Assembly: GCA_964396655.1 (NCBI GenBank)
Contig: CAYNFP010000001.1
Span: 135,448 to 199,447, forward strand
Reading direction: 5' to 3'
Length of the DNA: 64,000 bases
Source of the DNA: an uncultured Muribaculaceae bacterium
GTDB lineage: Bacteria; Bacillota_I; Bacilli_A; RF39; UBA660
Part shown: in pieces, positions 29,846 to 38,789 of the stretch
How the letters are laid out: the number at the start of each line of letters is the position of its first letter
How positions within the stretch are numbered: position 1 is the stretch's first letter
Position numbers and translations under genes: made by a program
The notes under the pieces: model-generated
The model's input: the letters and a program-made list of their open reading frames with translations, nothing else
What the model was told of the DNA's origin: nothing
Database searches by the model: none

Positions 29846-30736
29846 ATGATAGATTTACATGTTCATACAAATTATTCTGATGGTTCTGATACATTATTAG
29901 AAGTATTAAAAAAAGCTAATGATATTGGATTAGAAGTGTTATCTATAACAGATCACAATTCTTGCGATGCATACTTAGAATTAAATAATATTAACAATTA
30001 TTATAATGGTAAAATAATCATTGGTTGTGAAATTACAACTTCTTATAAAGGTGAAACAATAGAAGTGTTAGGATATGGTTTTGATTTAAATAAAATGGTA
30101 GATTTATTAAATGAGAATGTTCTTAAAGATGAAGAAAAGAAAATTAAAGAATTTGAATTAATAAAGAAAAGATTTAATGAAATTGGTGTTAAATATGATA
30201 TAAATAATATTAAATTTGATCCTAAGATTGGATCTAGTAGGATTTTATTTTGTAATGAAATTAAAAAATATAAAGAAAATGATGAATTCTTTTATGATAA
30301 AAATTCAATAACTAGTAAAATGGGATTTACTAGAAATGAAATATATAATCCTAAAAGTCCTTTATATGTTGATGAAACTCTTTTATATCCAACATTAGAT
30401 AAAACTATTTCAATAATTCATGAAACTGGAGGTAAAACATTTTTAGCTCATACATTTGCATATTCAAAGACTATTGCTGAAAGTCTTGATGATATTTATG
30501 ATAATTATGAATTTGATGGTATAGAATGCTTTTACACAACATTTAGTGATGAACAAAGTGAGTATTTATTAGAATTTGCTAAAAAAAGAAATTTACTTAT
30601 TTCTGGTGGTTCTGATTATCATGGAACAAATAAGATAAACCATGAATTAGGAATTGGAAGAGGGAATTTAAATATAAATAAAAATATATTAAATAACTGG
30701 AACATAAATTATTTTAATTGTGAGGATAAAAAATGA
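29846..30736 (+). CDS. PHP-domain phosphoesterase
   Basis: MIDLHVHTNYSDGS and ITDHN (PHP motifs I and II), with later H/D residues. Confidence 0.65.
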   Translation: MIDLHVHTNYSDGSDTLLEVLKKANDIGLEVLSITDHNSCDAYLELNNINNYYNGKIIIGCEITTSYKGETIEVLGYGFDLNKMVDLLNENVLKDEEKKIKEFELIKKRFNEIGVKYDINNIKFDPKIGSSRILFCNEIKKYKENDEFFYDKNSITSKMGFTRNEIYNPKSPLYVDETLLYPTLDKTISIIHETGGKTFLAHTFAYSKTIAESLDDIYDNYEFDGIECFYTTFSDEQSEYLLEFAKKRNLLISGGSDYHGTNKINHELGIGRGNLNINKNILNNWNINYFNCEDKK

Positions 30737-31392
30737 AAATAAAATTATTAAAAATATTACCATACTTTTTATACTTAATATCTTTTGTTATATTAGGATA
30801 TTATATTTCATTAGAAATAGGTTCTTCTTTTAAAGTACCAACTATTTTTAAATTATTATGTATAGTAGGCAGTAGTATATATATATTCTTTGATAGTTTT
30901 ATATTAAGTAAAACTCATAAAAATAAAACCAAAAAAATAAAAATCATATCTGTATGGATAATCTTTGTTGAATATATTATTTTATTAATAATTTTAATTT
31001 TACTTGATCCTTCATATGGAAGGGGAATATCAAGTATATTTTCAAAAAAATCAGATATTTTAATATATTTAAATGAAAACAGTAATTTTATTCCATTTAA
31101 AACAATTATAGATTATATAAAAACTCAAAATATAAGCTTTATTATTATTAATGTTTTTGGAAATATATTTGCTTTTATGCCATTTGGAATATTTTTACCT
31201 TTAATATTTAAAAAAATTAATTTTTTTAAATTTATAATTTTAATGCTAACAATTGTATTTATTATAGAAATTATGCAAGTTATATTATTAACTGGATCAA
31301 TAGATATAGATGATTTAATATTAAATGTTGGTGGGTCTTTAATAATATACAAGTTATATAAAAAAATAAGGAGTAATCATGGAAAAATATAA
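30733..31392 (+). CDS. VanZ-like membrane protein
   Basis: Multi-TM protein; NVFGNIFAFMPFGIFLPL resembles the VanZ core motif. Confidence 0.4.
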   Translation: MKIKLLKILPYFLYLISFVILGYYISLEIGSSFKVPTIFKLLCIVGSSIYIFFDSFILSKTHKNKTKKIKIISVWIIFVEYIILLIILILLDPSYGRGISSIFSKKSDILIYLNENSNFIPFKTIIDYIKTQNISFIIINVFGNIFAFMPFGIFLPLIFKKINFFKFIILMLTIVFIIEIMQVILLTGSIDIDDLILNVGGSLIIYKLYKKIRSNHGKI

Positions 31393-32212
31393 AGAAATTG
31401 AAAGAAGTATTATAACTAAGTTTCGTAAAGAAATTTATAGTAAAGTTATTAAAGCTATCAAAGATTATAAATTAATAGAAGAAAATGATAATGTAATGGT
31501 TTGCATTTCTGGAGGAAAAGATTCATTTTTAATGGCAAAATGTATAGAAGAAGTTAGAAAACATGGTAATGTTAAATTTGATGCTCATTATGTTATGATG
31601 AATCCAGGATATAATAAATATAATTTAAATATGATTTTAGAAAACGCTAAAACTTTAAATGTAGAATTAGAGATATTTAATACTGATATATTCGATATAG
31701 TTGCTAGCGATAAAGGAAAAAGTCCATGTTATTTATGCGCTAGAATGAGGAGGGGTCATTTATATAACAGAGCTCAAGAACTGGGATGTAATAAAATTGC
31801 TCTTGGGCATCATATGGATGATTTTATTGAAACAACTCTTTTATCTATGTTTTATGGAGCGGAAATAAAAACAATGTTACCAAAACTTCATAGTGATAAT
31901 TTTAAAGGAATAGATTTAATTAGACCTGTGTGCTTAGTAAAAGAAGAGTATATATTAGCTTGGAAAAAATATAATGAATTAGAGTTTATTAATTGTGCTT
32001 GTAGATTTACTGAAAATATTTGTTTAACAGATGATGGAACAAGTAAAAGAAGAGAAATGAAAAAATTAATACAAAGATTAAAAGAAACAAATTCTAAAGT
32101 GGATGAGAATATATACAAAGCTATGGAAAATGTTAATTTAAATGGTATTTTAGGTGGTCATAAAGATGAAAAAATTTATTCTTTTCTAGATGATTTTGAT
32201 AATAAAAAGTAG
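31379..32212 (+). CDS. ttcA: tRNA 2-thiocytidine synthetase TtcA-family PP-loop ATPase
   Basis: PP-loop CISGGKDS and Fe-S cysteines CYLCARMRRG ... C..C. Confidence 0.7.
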   Translation: MEKYKEIERSIITKFRKEIYSKVIKAIKDYKLIEENDNVMVCISGGKDSFLMAKCIEEVRKHGNVKFDAHYVMMNPGYNKYNLNMILENAKTLNVELEIFNTDIFDIVASDKGKSPCYLCARMRRGHLYNRAQELGCNKIALGHHMDDFIETTLLSMFYGAEIKTMLPKLHSDNFKGIDLIRPVCLVKEEYILAWKKYNELEFINCACRFTENICLTDDGTSKRREMKKLIQRLKETNSKVDENIYKAMENVNLNGILGGHKDEKIYSFLDDFDNKK

Positions 32213-32237
32213 TATTATATTAAGTGAGGTAGATAAA

Positions 32238-32951
32238 ATGATAGAAATAAAAAATTTAACTAAAAAATATGGAAACAAAAAAGTTGTCGATAATCTTTCT
32301 TTAAAGATTGATAAAGGCGATATATTTGCATTTATAGGTCATAACGGAGCAGGTAAAACAACAACTATAAAAAGTATGACAGATATTATTGAATTTGATG
32401 AAGGAGACATTTTATATGATGGAGTATCTATTAAAGATAATCCTATAGAATGTAAAAGGAATATGGCATATATTCCAGATAATCCAGATATTTATGAATT
32501 TTTAAAGGGAATAGATTATCTAAATTTTATAGCAGATGTATATGGTATGGGAAAAGAAAGAGTAAAATATATTAATAAATACTCTGAAGCTTTTGAATTA
32601 AAAGAATTTTTGGGTAATCCAATTGGATCTTATTCACATGGTATGAAGCAAAAATTAGTTATAATAAGTGCATTAATTCATCAACCAAAATATTTGATAT
32701 TAGATGAGCCTTTTGTTGGTTTAGATCCAAGTGCAAGTCATACTTTAAAAGAATTTATGAGAGAATTAACTGAAAGCGGAGGATGTATTTTCTTTTCAAC
32801 TCATGTTCTTGAGGTGGCAGAAAAATTATGTAATAAAGTTGCTATTATTAAATCTGGTAAATTAGTAGAAACCGGAGATATGAAAAGTGTGCTAAATAAT
32901 AAATCATTAGAAGATATATTTTTGGAGTTAGAAAATGAAAAATCTAATTAG
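32238..32951 (+). CDS. ABC transporter ATP-binding protein
   Basis: Walker A GHNGAGKTT, signature SHGMKQK, Walker B LILDEPFVGLDP. Start moved to ATG 32238 (MIEIKNLTKKYG). Confidence 0.85.
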   Translation: MIEIKNLTKKYGNKKVVDNLSLKIDKGDIFAFIGHNGAGKTTTIKSMTDIIEFDEGDILYDGVSIKDNPIECKRNMAYIPDNPDIYEFLKGIDYLNFIADVYGMGKERVKYINKYSEAFELKEFLGNPIGSYSHGMKQKLVIISALIHQPKYLILDEPFVGLDPSASHTLKEFMRELTESGGCIFFSTHVLEVAEKLCNKVAIIKSGKLVETGDMKSVLNNKSLEDIFLELENEKSN

Positions 32952-34530
32952 ATTAGTTAAAATAAATCTTTTAACTTTTTTTGATTTTAATAAAATATTA
33001 AAAGCTAAAAACAAAAAAGAAGCAATAAGGGCTATACCTAAAGCTGGTTTAATATTATTTGCATTTGGTTATTTTGGATATATGATTTATTCAATGGCCA
33101 AATTTATTTTACAGGGATTATTAATGATGAATATTGCGAATCTGTTGCTTCCTTTATTTATGGCAATATTAAGTATATATTTATTATTTACAACTATTTT
33201 TAGAGTCAATAAAACTATATTTAATGCTAAAGATTATAATATATTATTAAGTTTACCAATAAGAAAAACCACTATTATTTCAAGTAAATTAATTGTTTTA
33301 TATACATCTAATTTAATATATAGTTTAGTATTTATGATACCTAGTTATATTGCATATATAAATTATGTGGATGTAAATATTATATTTCATGTATTTTACT
33401 TTATATCACTTTTATTTATACCTATTGTGCCTACAGTTATTGGTTCATTAATTGGAACAGCTTTAACAGGGGTTAGTAGTAGATTTAAACACAAAAATAT
33501 AGTAAGTATGATTTTTAGTTTCATATTAATATTTGGAGTAATGATTTTATCTTATCAAACAAATAACATAAACTTTGAGGTGGTTGCAAATATTAGTAAT
33601 AAAGTGATGGGGTATTTTAATAGCTATTATCCATTAACTAAAATATATTTTGGTGTAATTGAAAACAAAATCTTATCTTTAATAATTTTTATATCAATTT
33701 CAATTCTTTTATTTGAAGGATATAAATATTTAATAGTAAACTTTTTTGATAAAATAAATAGTAATTTAAAGTCAGTTACAATAATTAATAAATATAATGA
33801 TTCAAAAGTTAATATAAGTAGTGGATTTATATCTTTATATAAAAAAGAAATAAAAAAATATTTTTCTAATCCCATGTATGTTTTAAATACTGGAATTGGC
33901 AGTATGCTTCTTATTATTATGGTTATTGCTTATGCAGTCATGGGGGGCGAAAAAGTAGAAGTACTTTTAGAAATGAAAGGCTTATCAGATGCTGTTGCTT
34001 TATATGGCCCAGTTGTATTTGGGGCATTTTGTGCTCTTAGTTGTACAACATATCCATCAATTTCATTAGAAGGAAAAAATCTTTGGATTCTTAAAAGTTT
34101 ACCAATTAATATAAAAGAAATATTTATGTCAAAAATATTTGTTAATTTGACTATTTTATTTCCTATGATAATTATTAGTAGTATTGTACTTACAATTACT
34201 CTTCACTTAAAATTAATAACTTTTCTTTTGTTGTTATTTACTCCTTTGATGTATTCAATTTTTATAGCTGCTTTAGGTTTATTAATTAATTTAATATTTC
34301 CGGATTTTAATTGGAATAATGAAATTAAAGTTATAAAACAAAGTGTAGCATCTTTTATAACAGTCTTTTTAGGAATGATAATAGCAATTGTGCCTGTAAC
34401 AATAAGCAGTAATTATAATCCAACCTTATTTTCATTTATAGTAGGACTTATTATGATGTTATTAAATGTTATTTTATATTTTATATTATTTACTTATGGA
34501 AAATCCAAATTTGAAAAATTATTGATTTAA
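32935..34530 (+). CDS. ABC transporter permease (multi-TM, ABC-2-like)
   Basis: 531 aa with many hydrophobic helices; translationally coupled to the upstream ATPase. Confidence 0.6.
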   Translation: MKNLIRLVKINLLTFFDFNKILKAKNKKEAIRAIPKAGLILFAFGYFGYMIYSMAKFILQGLLMMNIANLLLPLFMAILSIYLLFTTIFRVNKTIFNAKDYNILLSLPIRKTTIISSKLIVLYTSNLIYSLVFMIPSYIAYINYVDVNIIFHVFYFISLLFIPIVPTVIGSLIGTALTGVSSRFKHKNIVSMIFSFILIFGVMILSYQTNNINFEVVANISNKVMGYFNSYYPLTKIYFGVIENKILSLIIFISISILLFEGYKYLIVNFFDKINSNLKSVTIINKYNDSKVNISSGFISLYKKEIKKYFSNPMYVLNTGIGSMLLIIMVIAYAVMGGEKVEVLLEMKGLSDAVALYGPVVFGAFCALSCTTYPSISLEGKNLWILKSLPINIKEIFMSKIFVNLTILFPMIIISSIVLTITLHLKLITFLLLLFTPLMYSIFIAALGLLINLIFPDFNWNNEIKVIKQSVASFITVFLGMIIAIVPVTISSNYNPTLFSFIVGLIMMLLNVILYFILFTYGKSKFEKLLI

Positions 34531-34629
34531 ATTTGAATCAACGCAATAATAAAGAGTAGGAGGGTGTTAATATGAAAAAAGATTTATAAGAAAATTATTT
34601 AATAAACTAATGAAACGATAAAAATAAGC

Positions 34630-34660
34630 TTTAACTTTTTTGTTAAAGTTTTTTAATATT
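34630..34660 (+). terminator. intrinsic terminator
   Basis: aagctttaac-tttttt-gttaaag followed by a T-run. Confidence 0.5.
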
Positions 34661-34754
34661 GCTATTTTTTGATTTTTTGGTATAATATAAGCCATAAAAG
34701 AGGGATTTTATTAATAAATAAAAAAATTAATAAAATTGACAAAGGTGAAAAAAT

Positions 34755-35522
34755 ATGGAATATAGTGCTAATAGATATTTTTTAGTAATGTTTTTAAGAA
34801 AAGAAAGTCAAACTTTTTTAAGTGAAGAAGAGGCTAAAACTTTTATAGAAAGGTATAACAAAAGAAATAGAGATTCCGAGAATCCAGAGGTTGGAGGAAA
34901 ATTAAAAACAGTTCATAAATCTAAACCAAAAACTTGGATAATTAGTTACAATATATACAGAAAAATAACTAAGAAAACTTCATTAGAAACAATTGATTAT
35001 AATACATCAGAAAAATATGATAATGAAAAATCTCTTAAAACTAGATACGTTAATGATGTAAGAGGCAGTAAGGGGAAACTTTATGTTGGGTATATGGATG
35101 ATGGAGAAGTAAAATTAATACCAGTGGCTTATAAAAAAGATAGATTATTTGTAGATTATGAAGAATTAATAAATTTTATGATAGAAAATTCAAGTAATCA
35201 AGAGTTTGTTTCTGCTTTTTGGTCAAGACCAAAATTAACAGAAAAAATAAAATATAAAAAGAATTCAAAATTTTATATGGGTAAAATCCATGAAGCCTAT
35301 GGTGAATATTGGATGACTCAAAATAATTTAGAAGAAATAAAAGAATTAATTAAAGATTTTGTAAGAGTTTGGTGTACTTCTGATGGTAAAATAAATCAAA
35401 GATTAGTTAGAGAACTTGGTTCTATAGTTAAAGTGAGTTTGAGTATTGTTAAAAAAGAAGATAAAGGAAAAAAAGAACCTTTAAAAATAGATACTAAAAA
35501 ATTAGGTTTAACATTGTTCTAA
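34755..35522 (+). CDS. hypothetical protein
   Basis: 255-aa basic protein immediately upstream of spoIIGA, where ftsZ is usually found. Confidence 0.4.
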   Translation: MEYSANRYFLVMFLRKESQTFLSEEEAKTFIERYNKRNRDSENPEVGGKLKTVHKSKPKTWIISYNIYRKITKKTSLETIDYNTSEKYDNEKSLKTRYVNDVRGSKGKLYVGYMDDGEVKLIPVAYKKDRLFVDYEELINFMIENSSNQEFVSAFWSRPKLTEKIKYKKNSKFYMGKIHEAYGEYWMTQNNLEEIKELIKDFVRVWCTSDGKINQRLVRELGSIVKVSLSIVKKEDKGKKEPLKIDTKKLGLTLF

Positions 35523-35573
35523 AAACGACAAATTATGTTTGTTGTTTTTTTTATAATTAAAAAAGGTGAAAAT

Positions 35574-36344
35574 ATGAAAATATATTTAGATTTATTATTT
35601 TTAATAAATTTTATATGTGACAGTTTAATTTTATTATCTGTTTCTATTATTTTAAGAAGAAATATTAAATTAAAAAGAATATTTTTGAGTGCTTTAATTG
35701 GATCTTTTAGTTTTTTTGTAATATTGATAAATATTAATCCAATTTTATTGTTTTTATTAAAATTAATTTTAGCTAGTATTATAGTTATAGTTTGTTTTAA
35801 ATATAAAAATATTAGATATTTTTTAAATAATTTATTATATTTTTTTATTAACAGTTTAATATTGGGGGGCTCTATTTATTTAATAAATTTAAAATTAGAT
35901 AATTTTGCTATTAAAAATGAATTATTATTTAATTTTATTATTTTAGTAATATTTAGTCCAGTTATTATATATATTTATATAAGGACATGTTTGAAACTTA
36001 AGAATGAATATTCATTAAGATACAAAGTAGATGTATATATAAATAGTAAAATAATTAATTTAAATGGATTTTATGATACCGGAAACACTTTAATTGACCC
36101 ATATAAAAGAAGAAGTGTTATCATAGTAGATAAAAAATATTTTGAAGGCATGAAATTAAATATATTATTAGTGCCTATTAATACAGTTAATGGAATATAT
36201 TTATTAGAATGTTTTAAGCCAGATGCTGTATATATTAAAGGAGTAGGTATTAAATATAATTTATTAATTGGAATGAGTGAGGATGAAATATGTATTGAAG
36301 GAATAGACTGTCTATTAAATAAAAGAATATTGGAGGATTTATGA
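35574..36344 (+). CDS. spoIIGA: sigma-E processing peptidase SpoIIGA
   Basis: N-terminus MKIYLDLLFLINFICDSLILL, five TM helices, and the aspartic-protease motif FYDTGNTLIDP. The position immediately upstream of sigE is the conserved one. Confidence 0.8.
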   Translation: MKIYLDLLFLINFICDSLILLSVSIILRRNIKLKRIFLSALIGSFSFFVILININPILLFLLKLILASIIVIVCFKYKNIRYFLNNLLYFFINSLILGGSIYLINLKLDNFAIKNELLFNFIILVIFSPVIIYIYIRTCLKLKNEYSLRYKVDVYINSKIINLNGFYDTGNTLIDPYKRRSVIIVDKKYFEGMKLNILLVPINTVNGIYLLECFKPDAVYIKGVGIKYNLLIGMSEDEICIEGIDCLLNKRILEDL

Positions 36345-37021
36345 ATATAAAGGATTTGTTTAGAAAATTAATAGGAAATAATATATATTACGTTGGAAGT
36401 TCAGATATTTTGCCTCCTCCTTTACCAAAAGCTGAAGAAGAAGCACTTGTTTTGTTGAGTGAAAAAGGTGATAAAAAAGCTAGAAATAAATTAGTTGAAC
36501 ACAATCTTAGATTAGTAGTATTTTTATCAAAGAAATATGATAATACCGGTTATGATTTAGAAGATTTAGTAAGTATTGGAACCATAGGTTTAATTAAGGG
36601 AGTAAACACATATAAATTAGATAAAAATATAAAACTTGCTACATATGCATCAAGGTGTATTGATAATGAAATATTAATGTTTTTAAGAAAAAATAAAAGA
36701 AAAAAAATAGAAGTTAGTTTTGAAGATTCAATAAATTTTGATGGAGAAGGAAATGAGTTACATTTAGAGGATGTTTTGGGAACTGAGAGTGATATGATTG
36801 AGAAAGAATATGAGTTTATTGTTGATAAAAGTATACTACTTGGTGAAATAAATAAATTAAATGACAGAGATAAAGAAATAATAATTATGAGATATGGTTT
36901 AATGAACGCTAAAGAATATACTCAAAAAGAAGTAGCAGAAAAATTAGGGATAAGCCAGTCATATATATCGAGAATTGAAAAAAAAGTTATAAAGAGATTA
37001 TCTAACTTATTAAAAGTATAA
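36341..37021 (+). CDS. sigE: sporulation sigma factor SigE (pro-sigma-E)
   Basis: Pro-sequence plus YYVGSSDILPPPL, sigma-70 regions 2 and 4 (TYASRCIDNEI, KEVAEKLGISQSYISRIEKK). Confidence 0.85.
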   Translation: MNIKDLFRKLIGNNIYYVGSSDILPPPLPKAEEEALVLLSEKGDKKARNKLVEHNLRLVVFLSKKYDNTGYDLEDLVSIGTIGLIKGVNTYKLDKNIKLATYASRCIDNEILMFLRKNKRKKIEVSFEDSINFDGEGNELHLEDVLGTESDMIEKEYEFIVDKSILLGEINKLNDRDKEIIIMRYGLMNAKEYTQKEVAEKLGISQSYISRIEKKVIKRLSNLLKV

Positions 37022-37038
37022 ATTTATACTTTTTTTTT
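37013..37038 (+). terminator. intrinsic terminator overlapping the sigE stop codon
   Basis: Palindrome agtata-aatt-tatact followed by T9. Confidence 0.55.
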
Positions 37039-37094
37039 AATGCCTTGTATGCTAAAATATATATGTATACTAGAAAAGTAATCGGAGGCATTTT

Positions 37095-38789
37095 ATGAAA
37101 AATAAAGATATAGATAATGAAGAATATAGAGATTTAGAAGAACATAGATTATCAGTATTAAAAAGAACAGGAATTATAATTTTAGTTATTTTAGGTATAA
37201 TGATTATTTTCTTGTTTTTAAAAAGTTGTACTAAAACAGAGGATAATGATTTAAGTAAAACATTATTAGAAGCTGGTAAAGAATATTATGAATATAATGA
37301 GCATTTACTTCCGACAGCGGTAGGAGATTGCAAAAATGTTACTTTAACAACATTATCACAAGAAGGATTAATAAATAAAGCTAAGTATGCTGATTGTGGT
37401 AATGATAGTACATATGTAAAAGTTTGTAAGTTAGAAAGTGGTAAATATCATTTTGTAGCAATAATGGATTGTGTTAATGAAAAAACAGATGATTTATATG
37501 GAAGTTGGAAAGAAGGAACTGAAAAAGATATTATTTCTGATTCTTCTGATATAAAATTTTTCTTCCAAGTTCAATATTTGGATACAACTAATGCAAATGT
37601 AGGAAATAGTGAAGAATATTGGGAAGATGAGATTCCATATTCAAAATATAAAACAGAAGCTGTAACTAAGTATTATAGATATAAAGATTTGCAATATATT
37701 TGGAATATTACATCTAAAAGATATTATCCAGGGGATGCTACAAGCATAGCGAATATAAAAGAATATTATATAACTTCACCAAGTGCTGATTATAAATATA
37801 AAGATAATGAAAATACTAAAGTATCAAAATATTTTAGTACAACAGAAGGAAAAATATATTGGGTAGATGAAAGTGGAAACCGTAACTTTGCTTTAACAGC
37901 CCCAGATAACGTTTATATTTATCCAGATAATCCTGTTTATCAAACAGGATATGCAACCAGAGTATGGACTGAAACATCTAAGCCTGTAACAGCGGATTCC
38001 ACTCAATTTTGGTATTGTTCAAGCCCAAATGATGAGAATCAAATAAGATCAACTGTGCCATGTGAAAATAACGTTAATAATTACACAATAACAGAAAGAA
38101 TGATATATTCTTGTGATGGAGGCCTTACTGAAGTAGGCCAAAATGGCGTATGTTATCAATGTACTGATGGCAAAGGTTTAAGAACTGATAGAAGTTCTTG
38201 TGGATATTATAGTGATTATGGGAATTATAGTAAAACTCCTTGTGATACTTCATCTGATTTATGTACAACTAAAATATTTACTGCATATCAATGGTATAAA
38301 TTAGTTGATGGTGAAAGGAAGTATTATCCAAGTAATTCTACTACTGCTTCAGGTGAGAAAACATATTATGGAGAATCTCCAGTAACAAGTCTTATTAAAG
38401 ATGTAACAACCACAACTACCGGATGGAAATGGTATAAAAAGTTGGATACTGAGACTACAAGTTATTATTCAACATCTCCTCAAACAGGAGCAACTAAAAC
38501 AGATACAAGTAGATGGACTGACTTCACAAAATGGTCAACTGCGGTACCTCAAAGTTTGGGTTCTGAAGGGACAAGGATGATTGAAACAAGAAATAAAATT
38601 AAATTGAAACAAATAACAGGAGATACTGATAGTTGGTTAAATTATAATGAAAAATATATGGAGTTAGATTCAATATTAACTTCACTTCAAGCTAAAGGTT
38701 ACAAAGTTTATTCACTTGATGATATAACATCTAGTGGCGAATTAAAATATAAAGTAAAGTTATTTGTTAGAAACAAGGAAGTGGAATAA
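37095..38789 (+). CDS. membrane-anchored protein with a large Cys/Tyr/Trp/Thr-rich extracytoplasmic domain
   Basis: N-in TM (GIIILVILGIMIIFLFL), then about 520 aa with at least 20 Cys and abundant Y/W/T. Overlaps the next gene by 1 nt (TAATG). Confidence 0.5.
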   Translation: MKNKDIDNEEYRDLEEHRLSVLKRTGIIILVILGIMIIFLFLKSCTKTEDNDLSKTLLEAGKEYYEYNEHLLPTAVGDCKNVTLTTLSQEGLINKAKYADCGNDSTYVKVCKLESGKYHFVAIMDCVNEKTDDLYGSWKEGTEKDIISDSSDIKFFFQVQYLDTTNANVGNSEEYWEDEIPYSKYKTEAVTKYYRYKDLQYIWNITSKRYYPGDATSIANIKEYYITSPSADYKYKDNENTKVSKYFSTTEGKIYWVDESGNRNFALTAPDNVYIYPDNPVYQTGYATRVWTETSKPVTADSTQFWYCSSPNDENQIRSTVPCENNVNNYTITERMIYSCDGGLTEVGQNGVCYQCTDGKGLRTDRSSCGYYSDYGNYSKTPCDTSSDLCTTKIFTAYQWYKLVDGERKYYPSNSTTASGEKTYYGESPVTSLIKDVTTTTTGWKWYKKLDTETTSYYSTSPQTGATKTDTSRWTDFTKWSTAVPQSLGSEGTRMIETRNKIKLKQITGDTDSWLNYNEKYMELDSILTSLQAKGYKVYSLDDITSSGELKYKVKLFVRNKEVE

